In this document: one piece after another, positions 19,767-28,392 of the stretch | Position numbering within the stretch: the first letter of the stretch is position 1 | How the letters are laid out: each line of letters opens with the position of its first letter | NCBI RefSeq assembly: GCF_900232105.1 | Contig: NZ_LT934425.1 | Span: forward strand, 4,140,001-4,172,000 | Direction: 5' to 3' | Length of the DNA: 32,000 bases | Source of the DNA: Candidatus Kuenenia stuttgartensis | Lineage (GTDB): Bacteria > Planctomycetota > Brocadiia > Brocadiales > Brocadiaceae | Notes under the pieces: model-generated | What the model was told of the DNA's origin: nothing | The model's input: the letters and a program-made list of their open reading frames with translations, nothing else | Databases searched by the model: none | Program-made: the position numbers and the translations under genes

Positions 19767-20069
19767 TTAAGTGGAATTAATATATTGAGGTAAAACGGAT
19801 TTTAGCAGATAGACAGCATCTGGGAAAGAGGAGTTGGAATCTACCATGACGATGTCGATGGTATTAAAGTTTTTTTTACAACGGAAACACCTGGCGAGGT
19901 TCGTATTTGGGTTGGTGGCGGAATTAAATTCAGAACAGAGAGGGCAGAGGAAGCGGAAATAGCCTTCGGAGTATTTATGAGGTATGGAGAGGACATCAGC
20001 GATGAGTCGATCGATGGGGATATCGTTTCGTAATGAGCGCAAGAGTTGAGGGGAAAAGAGACGGGCCAT
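19767..20069 (-). CDS. Small DnaG/CHC2-like zinc-finger protein encoded by the transposon
   Basis: 100 aa; RNDIPIDRLIADVLSIPHKYSEGYFRFLCPLC-x14-ARCFRCKKNFNTIDIVM, resembling the DnaG zinc-binding domain but CxxC/CxxC. Confidence 0.6.
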   Translation of the reverse strand: MARLFSPQLLRSLRNDIPIDRLIADVLSIPHKYSEGYFRFLCPLCSEFNSATNPNTNLARCFRCKKNFNTIDIVMVDSNSSFPDAVYLLKSVLPQYINST

Positions 20070-20080
20070 GGTAGACCTCC

Positions 20081-20872
20081 TTAAAAAGATTGAATTTCAG
20101 CAAGAGCCTGATGGAAGATATCCTGGGTAATTTTCTGTGATTGTCTGATGGAAGCGTTAATCAGGCAGGCGGTGGAAATGGCGTTGATTTGCCTTGGGAT
20201 GCCGGCGGAGAACTCATGGATCAGGTCTTTGACGTCTGAGTCAAAGATTTTATCGGATGCGCCGGAAGATTTCAGATGGAAGTCTATGTATGCAGCGGTT
20301 TGAGTTTTAGTAAGGGGATGAATGTGGTAATGTACCGAGATGCGTTGTGCGAAGTCGGCATGGATGTCTCTTTTGAGGATATATTTGAGGTGTTCCTGTC
20401 CCGAGAGGATGATTTTGAGATGAGTGGAAGAATCAAGCGGAGAGCTGACAAGGAGTCTGAGGTCTGTGATGGCGTCGGTTTTCAGGAGATGAGCCTCGTC
20501 GATAACGATAATGGGAGTGAGATTTGAGCGCAAGGATTTATCCATAATTTGGAGGAAGAGCCGGTCTTTGGTGTGTTTTGGTATTTCACCGAGCTGGGAG
20601 ACGATTAAGGAGAGAAGGCTGGATGATTTTAGGTGGGTAAAATGGAGGTAGATGGGGAGAAACAGGTTTTGGGGGATTTGTGAGAGGAAGAGTTTGAGGA
20701 GTGTGGATTTTCCGACTCCCGTCTGTCCGTAGAGGACGGCGATAGAGCCTGAGTGTAAGAGGTATTGGAGTCGTGCAAGCCCCTGGGTAAAGCGTTCGTC
20801 TTTCATGATAAGGCTGGTGTTGATTCTTTCAGAGAACGGCTGAGTAGTCATGGAAAAATGAGAAGTAAACAT
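20081..20872 (-). CDS. AAA+ ATPase, ExeA/TnsC/TniB-like transposition protein
   Basis: 263 aa; Walker A GQTGVGKSTLL, Walker B PIIVIDEAHLL, sensor-like KIILSGQEHL, GIPRQINAISTACL. Confidence 0.88.
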   Translation of the reverse strand: MFTSHFSMTTQPFSERINTSLIMKDERFTQGLARLQYLLHSGSIAVLYGQTGVGKSTLLKLFLSQIPQNLFLPIYLHFTHLKSSSLLSLIVSQLGEIPKHTKDRLFLQIMDKSLRSNLTPIIVIDEAHLLKTDAITDLRLLVSSPLDSSTHLKIILSGQEHLKYILKRDIHADFAQRISVHYHIHPLTKTQTAAYIDFHLKSSGASDKIFDSDVKDLIHEFSAGIPRQINAISTACLINASIRQSQKITQDIFHQALAEIQSF

Positions 20873-20874
20873 GG

Positions 20875-22435
20875 TTAAGAGACCTCCTTTTTCGAGTAAG
20901 CGATTTGTAATTCACGAATGATATAGGGTAAGGTTTTCACGGAGGCATTTTGGAATGCCTCCGTGAGCAATGATTCGTTGAGAGCGGGGATACGGTTGTA
21001 GCATTTTTTAAGCGATTCGAGTTCATGAGAGCTGAAGGCGGAGAGAGAGCCTTTGTGTCCCATGAGGAGTGCGAGTTTCTGGACGAATGCCATGAATGGC
21101 CAGGGTCGTTCGGAGATGATTTGGTGGTAATCAATGCCTTTGGCCTGAGCCTGGAGAATGGATTTGTGTTTCTGAGTGATAAGGTCGAGGTAATTATGTT
21201 TTGGTTTTGAAGGTGAGGCGGCTGGAGTTTCAGCGCCCTGGTCGCGCAGGTAGAGATTTCCCGAGCCGAGGTATTCACCGTTTGCGGAATAGATCAAGAC
21301 CTTTTTGAGATCGCCGTATGGGTCGTAACGGACTTCTACTTTATCGCCTCTGAGTTTGGGGTCAACACGGTAAAAGCGGTTATCAATGCGGACATCGGCA
21401 AAGGTTCTGTCAACGGTTCTGGGGATGCGTTTCATGAAGAAGGCAAGAGCGGCGTCCATATCGACGTGTCGGATGACGGTAAGCCCCTCGTCGTAGCGTT
21501 GTTTTGGAGATTGATTGGTTTCGGAGTGGATTCTTGCGTGATAGACAACGGCAAGGTAAGCGGAGAAGGCCTGGTTAATGGCATCAAGGGTGATAATGTC
21601 GCCGGAGCGGACTTCCGACTCGAACTATGTCTGGCTGGTGCCGAAGAAACGTTCGACCAGTCCGCCGGGAGCAGGGTCGCGTGGTGGTCTGTGGATGAGT
21701 TTAATGCCGAGGTTGTAACAGGCAGAGCGCAGGGCGTCAGAGTGGTAGACCTTGGCATTGTCGAGGTAGAGTTCTTTGGGCGAGCCGTGGATAGTCCAGG
21801 CCCTGATGAGAGAATCGATAAGGATATCGAGGGTTTGTTTGAGATAATACCGTCCTTCGACCACATAACGGCTGTAGCAGTCGATAAAGAGACAGAGGTT
21901 TGTGGGAAGCGCCTCGCCGTCAACGAGCACGAAAGGGCCTTCCTGGAAGTCGCCAATCCAGAGGTCGTGGGTATGCTCACGGCTAAGAGCGTATACGCAC
22001 CTTTTGCTGTGAGACGCCGAGTTTGAGCCGGGTCGCCCCTGCGAGTCTGAGATGGCGGTAGAGGGTGGATTTGGGGATCGTTTTCCCATAGTATTTCTCA
22101 AGAAAGCGGTTGAGGCAATCGTCGCTGCGGCGTGGTTGTTCTTTTTTGAGTTCAACGGCTTTGTCGATAATTTCAGGAGAAAACCTTCTGGATGCGCCAC
22201 GGTCGCTCCTCGCCTTTCTTGCAAGAGATTGAAATCCATCTTTGCGGTAGCGGTTGAGTTTTCTCCTGAGGGTAGAGATAGTGGGTCTTTTCCGCTTTCC
22301 GTTGGGGAATACGACCTCCTGAAGGCAGAGTTTTTTCAGAAAAAGGTTGGTCTGCTCCTTCTCAATCTCACCGAAGATGACAGGATGCAGAAGATTGCAC
22401 CAGAATAAAGCCCATTTTTCGTCTTTCGATTTCAT
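20875..22435 (-). pseudogene. Mu/TnsB/TniA-type rve-fold DDE transposase, degenerate (one frameshift, one in-frame TAG)
   Basis: HTH N-terminus in 21983-22435; catalytic core DLWIGDFQEGPFVLVDG, LFIDCYSRYVVEGRYY, LYLDNAKVYHS and PGGLVERFFG in 21625-22239; same frame resumes after a single TAG at 21625-21627 as FESEVRSGDIITLDAINQAFSAYL... through the Mu-C-like beta-barrel in 20875-21459. Confidence 0.88.
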
Positions 22436-22473
22436 AATTCACCTCCTTTTTTAAGTGTGGAGGTGATTGTAAC

Positions 22474-23112
22474 TCAAGACCAGCCGCTTTTTGTTGCCAG
22501 TTCGGGGAAAAATGAATGCCCAAAAATTCGGTGATATTCCGGCTCGGCGCTGAACAATTGAATCGATTGATCGAGGGAGGTTTTTCGTTGTTTGCTTTTA
22601 TACTTTCCGTGGTAAATGGGAAACATTTGGCGAAAAACCGGAGAGTTGGGGTCGGCCTGCCTGATGAGGTCAAAGGCGTTGCGGAGTGTGTATTTCAGTG
22701 AGCCAAAGAAACGCAGCCACCTCCAAACGGTTGACCAGGCAAGCATGCGGTTGTCTATTTCCTGTGTTCGGGTAGTATATCCGATGGCAGAGGAGACACT
22801 CCGGTAGGTTTCTGTATCATCTTTGACATAAGCCTGACTGAAGGAGAGACAGTGATCCTTTACGTACCGCTTGTAAGGGAGCGCATACTCAGGATAGGAA
22901 GTAAACGTCTTCTTGCACAAGGAACATTTCCAACGTCCCAGGAAAGATTCTATCGTATGAACAAGGGAGTCGATAATAACGTGAAACAACCGATATCTGC
23001 ATTCATGAAGGGTGAAATTGACATGGGTACTCTTGCACTTTGGACAAAAGCATGGCTTCTGTTTTGTCGCAATAAGCTTTTCATGCTTGTGGATTTTTTC
23101 TATAATATTCAC
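22474..23112 (-). CDS. Zinc-ribbon protein of the transposon (DUF6431-like in general appearance)
   Basis: 212 aa; CFCPKCKSTHVNFTLHECRYR ... GRWKCSLCKKTFTSYPEYALPYKRY, then an HTH-like C-terminal region. The domain name is from recall and not verified. Confidence 0.55.
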   Translation of the reverse strand: MNIIEKIHKHEKLIATKQKPCFCPKCKSTHVNFTLHECRYRLFHVIIDSLVHTIESFLGRWKCSLCKKTFTSYPEYALPYKRYVKDHCLSFSQAYVKDDTETYRSVSSAIGYTTRTQEIDNRMLAWSTVWRWLRFFGSLKYTLRNAFDLIRQADPNSPVFRQMFPIYHGKYKSKQRKTSLDQSIQLFSAEPEYHRIFGHSFFPELATKSGWS

Positions 23113-23518
23113 GCACTGCCTCCTTTGTATAGGGGGGAAATGGGCAGGAGGATGAAGTTTCCCAACGTTCGGTCCTCCTGCCCTGAGTTTTTTATGTTCC
23201 GGAAAAATCTTACAAAACTTGTCCTCGTGAAAACGGGGAACTGGGAAGTAAACCGCCGTTAGGAAGTTTGGAAGTGGTTTTAACCCCTTCCAAACTATTT
23301 AATGAGGCTTTACTCCGCCTTACGGACGTAACTTCTTTCTAACGGGGTAAACGATGTATTTTTCTTAACGTGAACAAAAAATCAAGTGAAATACTTACGC
23401 AGGATAAAAAAAAGGCGGGGTAGCTGGGTAAGATTTTTCAAATCATTTGCTGGGTATTAGACTCAAATATTCTGAGACTAATTGGGCATTTTTGGAGCAT
23501 TTATTCTAAGACGTAGCA

Positions 23519-23523
23519 CCAGG
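23519..23523. repeat. 5-bp target-site duplication CCAGG (right) of the 4-gene transposon
   Basis: Pairs with 18329-18333. Confidence 0.93.
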
Positions 23524-24291
23524 GAAGAACTTGCAAAATCAGAGGTGATGCATGTGGATGAAACTAGTATCAACAAGAATGGAGACAGGTATTGGTTGCA
23601 CAGTGCATCCAATAGTTTGTGGACGTACTTTTTCCCGCATGAAAGACGTGGAACAGAAGCGATAAATAGTATCGGGATATTACCTGAATTTAAGGGGATT
23701 CTTTGCCACGACCATTTGAAGTCGTATTACACCTATAGCAACTGTACGCATGCGTTGTGTAATGCACACCACTTGAGGGAATTGGATGGTGTGTGGGAAG
23801 ATGATAATAAGCAGGAGTGGGCGAAAGAGATGAAAGCATTACTTAAAGAGATAAACCGTGCGACGAGTGATGCCGGGGGAATGCTGGGAACTGATGAGTC
23901 AGAAAAATACCGGCAAAGGTATAGGAAGATACCCCAAAACGCAGAAGCCGAAAGCCCTCCTCCTGATGAAACGAACCGTAAGGGAAAAAGGGGGAGGGTA
24001 AAAAGGACAAAGGCACGGAATCTTCTGGAACGATTGAGGACGTATGAGGGTGATGTGCTGAGGTTTATGGACAATAAAAATGTCCCCTTTACGAACAATT
24101 TAGCAGAAAACGATATCAGGATGACGAAGGTTCAGCAGAAGATATCTGGTTGTTTTCGTTCTTTGGAGGGAGCGAAAATTTTCTGCCGCATCCGGAGTTA
24201 TCTCTCGACCTGTCGAAAGCAAGGGGTAAATTTGAGTCGGGCATTACAGATGCTATTCCGTGGCGAATTGCCTGATTTTGCTAGCTCGTAG
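23524..24291 (+). pseudogene. IS66-family transposase, C-terminal part
   Basis: EELAKSEVMHVDETSINKNGDRYWLHSASNSLWTYFFPHERRG..FTNNLAENDIRMTKVQQKISG; same frame as 17680-18333, giving a 473-aa reconstructed protein. Confidence 0.93.
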
Positions 24292-24449
24292 CGACAGTGG
24301 GTGAAAATACGCTGAATAGTTACACAAAAAGTATGTAAATGATGTTTGGCCGGAATCAGAATTTATAGAGAAAGAGGTGGTTCTTAACCCAACTTCGACA
24401 AGCAGAAATCGTATCTCTTTTATTGCCAATGTGATACGACTTTAGTCCT

Positions 24450-26414
24450 TCATTTTTCGGCACTACATCTTTGAGTTTTCATGGGTGATTTTATATTTTT
24501 TCTGCCTAATGGTGTATGTTTAATTTGTAGTTTATTGTAAATCGTGTGCTGCTTTTCCGTGGGCGCTGTGCAGGTTCTGACGGCAATAACGCAGCCGTCC
24601 TTTGTGTTCATGGTCGTTGTTACCCTTATATGGGTGGCAAGGATATTACGAATCGTATTCCAATTATAATGAACCCCTGCGGTTCTTAGCTTTTTTAATA
24701 TCCCGGCAAGTATGTGATAGGCCAATACAGTGACATGCACGTGGGCAATGGTTGGGGTATCTGTGTGGTGAAAGTTTGGCCGTAAACCAAGGTTGCCTTT
24801 CATTGTTTTAAAACTTTCCTCAACAGTACTCAACGACCTATGGAGCTTTGATATCTCTTCCCCGCTAAGATCAAGTCGGTTTGTCCGTAATATAGTCAAA
24901 CAAGTCAGGTTTTTGAAACTTAAACCGGCAAATGCAGGCGATTCGCACTACATTTTTAGAAAATCAGAAGCTTTTGGCTATACATACGTGCCTATGGCTT
25001 CTTCCTTTGCTTGCGCCTGAGCATTTTTCTTAAATTTGATATCGGTCGCTTTGCCATCCGTCTGTTCCACTTTGATCGTATATAAATTGCCCACCTTGTA
25101 GCGTTCTTTTAACCGGCCTATCCTCTCTATGATCGTATCATATTTTTTCTGTCTTTTTGGCTTCTCTAATCCTTCTTTTATTGCCGAGAGCGCCTCTTCA
25201 AACCTTTGTTCTTTCAGGGAAAGGATGGACTTCTCTTTTGCCTCTTTTGCCTCTTTTGCCTCGCTGTGGCATAAAAGGAATGCCTCTTCTTCAGTACGGA
25301 CTAATTTCATGCCCAACGTTGTTTTCCCGTCTGATAACATAATCTTCTCTTCGTCCGTTTCAGGCCAAAAAGTATCTTCAAAAGATTTCTTGCGCGAGAC
25401 GACCACATATTTATAGCCACTCTTCCTGATAAGCGCAATGTTCTCTTCCGTTGCTATCCCCGCGTCCATAACAATCGTTCTATCATTTGAAAACATACCG
25501 TCTTCTTTTTTTAATCCATCCAAAATATCTTTTAGGGTACCAGGCTCCGACACATTGCCCTCAAAAACCTTGCTCTGCTTGGGAAATCCCTCTTCATCAA
25601 CGGTAAGGGATAGCGTAATTAACGGACAATCATTACGGCTCTCTTTTGATTTGTAGCGCCGGGCCACCTTACTCCCTCTTTTGCTACCCTCAAAATAGGT
25701 ATTTGTTAAATCATATAAAATCACCGTCTCTTTAAGGGAAAATATCTCTCGCGCCCGCTTTGACAACTCTTGCTCTATGGCGGCATGATTCTCCCAAAGC
25801 AAGACTGCCGCGCGATGCAGCGCTTTATCATACAGTTTAACCCCGGAGTCCAACAGCTCTCCCGCCCCGCTTGTTTCAGAAAGCCATCGCACGGTATCAC
25901 GCTCGCTGCCGGGATGAACCATTCTCCCCACAATGAGCATCTTGGAATAGGCAATCTGGTCATCTGTAAAATCAAGCCCTTGCAATATCTTATCAAACCC
26001 GTATTCATTCATTTGGCTTATGGCCACGTGTTCGGCGCCTACGGTCTTTGCATCATTTGTTATCAGGGAATTAATATTCACGTGCTCGTATTGAGCAGGT
26101 TCTTCCCCTGCTGATTCACCGCCGGTAATACGTTCTTGCGCCCTGTCCAACCGCTCCTGTCTTATCTGGCTGGCATAATGCCTTGCTTTCGCCTCTATTT
26201 CAGGATCTTGAGTAAACAATGTTTTTTGATTTGCTAAAAATCCTTCAATGCAATTGGCAAGGGTCTTCCACTTCTCCTCGGGCAGACTAAGCTGCCCAAG
26301 GTTTAAGACTATTTGCTGTCTTGGCCCTGAAGGGGTGCGAATGGATTCGATGAGTTGGTGTTGTATGTAGCTCTTCCCGCCATTCACTTTTTTGATCTTT
26401 TCACGGATAAACAC
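24450..26414 (-). pseudogene. IS1634-family transposase, split by an 88-bp insertion
   Basis: N-terminal ORF 24978-26414 (MFIREKIKKVNGGKSYIQHQLIES..) and C-terminal ORF 24450-24899 (..LSGEEISKLHRSLSTVEESFKTMKG..). Deleting 24893-24982 gives EEAIGTYVLRTNRLDLSGEEISKL. Confidence 0.88.
24893..24980. mobile_element. 88-bp IS630/mariner-like MITE
   Basis: TA duplication at 24891-24892 and 24981-24982; ends TAGTCAAACAAG.../...GCTTTTGGCTA resemble those of the IS630-family element at 29476-30601. Confidence 0.85.
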
Positions 26415-26623
26415 ACCGGTATTTTACCATGTAAGCAATGGCGCCGCAAGCATAAACAATAATATTCAGGCACTACATTAAACGCCGAAAGCAACATTCA
26501 ACCATACCAATAGGTTACGACTATTACATGCTCAATTTCTTGCCTTTTTCAGGATAAATTTGTCGAAGTTGGGTTAAGGCAGCATGTGGAAATACAGTCT
26601 CTATTTTCTTTAAAAAGCAGGGG

Positions 26624-26694
26624 CGAAGCATTTGTCCGGTTAGGTATGAACGCATTTATGACAATTTTTAGCAAATGCTTCGCCCCTACAATAT
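26624..26694. repeat. Inverted-repeat element GGGGCGAAGCATTTG ... CAAATGCTTCGCCCC
   Basis: Both arms visible; same arms recur around 28274-28392. Confidence 0.75.
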
Positions 26695-26713
26695 GCGTGG
26701 CAAATTATTGTTT

Positions 26714-27079
26714 TTATCTCGGCTTTTTATTCTTTTTGAAAAGGTCCAATATTTTTCCAGTGTTTGAGGATTTTTTTATGAGTGAAGTTATTGCCGCCCC
26801 CCATGGGTTCGTTATGACAAACCCTGCGATTACTGCCGTGGCAATAACGCCGCCTATGCCCATCAATCCCAGCATCTTCCTGAGTTTTTTCTGATCTACG
26901 TCTTTATTATCAACCAATTGCTTCAGCGCAATGAGCTGTTCTTCCTGTGTATAATCAGGCTGTGAAATGCCGCTTTCCCACCTGCTCACTGTTGAAAAGC
27001 TGATTCCCAATGCCTTTGCAAACTCGGACTGGGTTGCTCCCAGTTTTTCACGAAGTTCCTTAATTTCTTTTGCACCCAT
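26714..27079 (-). CDS. XRE-family helix-turn-helix protein with C-terminal hydrophobic segment
   Basis: 121 aa; LREKLGATQSEFAKALGISFSTVSRWESGISQPDY then LMGIGGVIATAVIAGFVITNPWGAAI. Confidence 0.8.
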   Translation of the reverse strand: MGAKEIKELREKLGATQSEFAKALGISFSTVSRWESGISQPDYTQEEQLIALKQLVDNKDVDQKKLRKMLGLMGIGGVIATAVIAGFVITNPWGAAITSLIKKSSNTGKILDLFKKNKKPR

Positions 27080-27490
27080 TATGCCACCTCTCTTTCACTA
27101 AATTTAAAAGGTATTCATAGTGAATACCTGTGGAAGTATATCACGAATTAACTATTATGTAAGGCAAATAATTTGCATATGCAAACTATTTGCGGCTGAT
27201 TTAACGTTTCTTCTTCTTGTTCCTACGCTCCTGCGTGGGCATGCGTGGAAAAGGAACAAACCCACCCTTACCCCTCCCAAGAGGGGAATTTGATGTAGAG
27301 ACGCACGGCCGTGCATCTCTATGTGGGAGATTGAGGTGTGGATTAAAATGAATGCCATGGTTTTATTCTTTTTTCCATGTGAAGCCGGGGCTTCTCAAAC
27401 AATTGCGTTTCCAAGCCGGAGCTTGGGAACGAGTGTATAAATGTTTTATCTCGTGCTTGTTTTGTTCCGGCTATGAAGGGATGGCTGGTG

Positions 27491-28228
27491 TTATTTTTTA
27501 CCTGCTGCTGCCAAATATATTACAAATTCCTCATCGCCATCGAGAGAGAGTAAATCGTTTATATTATCATCAGAAAACGCCGCAATTGCGCATACCCCGC
27601 AATCAATGGATTCTGCGCTTAAATACAAATTCTGGCAGACGTGTCCTGCATCCAGATGCATATACCTGTATCCGCGTTCTCCATATCGCCATTTCATACG
27701 GTAAGCTACCGCAGACCAAATGAAAACAACATCGCATAGTTTTATTATATTCTGCCCCAAACACGCTTCTGTAATTTTATCAGCAATATCCGGTTGTAAA
27801 TTTACTTCCATCAGCTTATGTTTAGATGCAAGAAATCTGTATGCGCCTGGCAACAAGCCCGTTATGTTATTTACCAATAAATATGTTTCCAAAGAATGCC
27901 GTGCCCCCGCTGACGGCACGTTTCGATACGTTGCAGTCCCGGGTATCACTTCTTTTACCCCCTGAGTACACCACAGCAGGTAAGATAATTCTTCAAGGGT
28001 TAATGGTTTTTTAGAATAATTACGTATACTCGTTCTTGATTCTATCACTCTTCGCACATCAGCATTTTTTACAACAATATCCTCCGGTTTCGGTAAATCA
28101 ATAATCGGTTTTGACCGGTCATAAGGAAGCTCCAAAGGTGGCTGCTGTATCCCTTTCATCTGATCCGATGCCGCTAAATATTGATATTTCGTCATGTGCA
28201 TAAACTCTTTTCCAATTCCGTTTGACAT
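27491..28228 (-). CDS. SagB/nitroreductase-family (FMN-dependent) protein
   Basis: ESRTSIRNYSKKPLTLEELSYLLWCTQGV, TYRNVPSAGARHSLETYLLVNNI, GYRYMHLDAGHVCQNLYLSAESIDCGVCAIAAFSDDNINDLLSLDGDEEFVIYLAAAGKK. Start at 28228 preferred over 28399. Confidence 0.88.
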   Translation of the reverse strand: MSNGIGKEFMHMTKYQYLAASDQMKGIQQPPLELPYDRSKPIIDLPKPEDIVVKNADVRRVIESRTSIRNYSKKPLTLEELSYLLWCTQGVKEVIPGTATYRNVPSAGARHSLETYLLVNNITGLLPGAYRFLASKHKLMEVNLQPDIADKITEACLGQNIIKLCDVVFIWSAVAYRMKWRYGERGYRYMHLDAGHVCQNLYLSAESIDCGVCAIAAFSDDNINDLLSLDGDEEFVIYLAAAGKK

Positions 28229-28273
28229 AATCACACTCCTTTTTTGGCAACAATTTATTTTTTTAGAAAAAGC

Positions 28274-28392
28274 ATGGGGCGAAGCATTTGCCTGCGTACA
28301 GTATACTCGTTCAGTGGAACGGTGCCGGCGCATATACAGACAACGTTTTACGTCTTTGTTCCCTGTGCAGGCAAATGCTTCGCCCCTACAAT
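28274..28392. repeat. Inverted-repeat element GGGGCGAAGCATTTGCCTG ... CAGGCAAATGCTTCGCCCC
   Basis: Long perfect arms, overlapping the spurious N-terminal extension of the 27491-28399 ORF. Confidence 0.8.

Larger units (their letters stand above)
18334..23518 (-). mobile_element. Tn7/Mu/Tn5053-like compact transposon with four minus-strand genes (about 3.79 kb without the IS4 insertion)
   Basis: Termini TGCTAAGCCC... / ...GACGTAGCA (TG..CA ends, IR TGCTA), 5-bp duplication CCAGG; encodes a DDE transposase and ExeA/TnsC-like ATPase. Confidence 0.9.
17410..24323 (+). mobile_element. IS66-family element (ISBst12-like single-ORF layout), itself carrying nested insertions
   Basis: Left end GTAACTATTCAGCGAAAAT, right end reverse complement GTAACTATTCAGCGTATTTT; 8-bp duplication ACAAAAAG at 17402-17409 and 24324-24331. 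Confidence 0.93.
24384..26577 (-). mobile_element. IS1634-family element
   Basis: Inverted repeat TTAACCCAACTTCGACAA at both ends; contains an IS1634-type transposase. No target duplication recognised. Confidence 0.85.

Noticed and set aside
21625-21627. In-frame TAG read as a possible pyrrolysine or programmed readthrough codon
   Set aside because: A nearby frameshift in the same gene and likely CAG to TAG change favour ordinary decay; no evidence for Pyl machinery in the window.
21466-22026. 186-aa plus-strand ORF (and minus-strand 21432-21980 ORF) inside the transposon
   Set aside because: Out-of-frame or antisense shadows of the conserved transposase reading frame; no recognisable motifs.
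18334-23518. Possible CRISPR-associated transposon (CAST), given TnsB/TnsC-like genes
   Set aside because: No cas gene, CRISPR repeat array or TniQ-like protein is visible inside the element boundaries.
24450-24899. Separate 149-aa hypothetical protein
   Set aside because: It is the C-terminal part of the IS1634 transposase, detached by the 88-bp MITE insertion.
24384-26577. Target-site duplication for the IS1634 element
   Set aside because: Flanks (..GGTGGTT and GGCAGCAT..) do not match; no duplication can be claimed.
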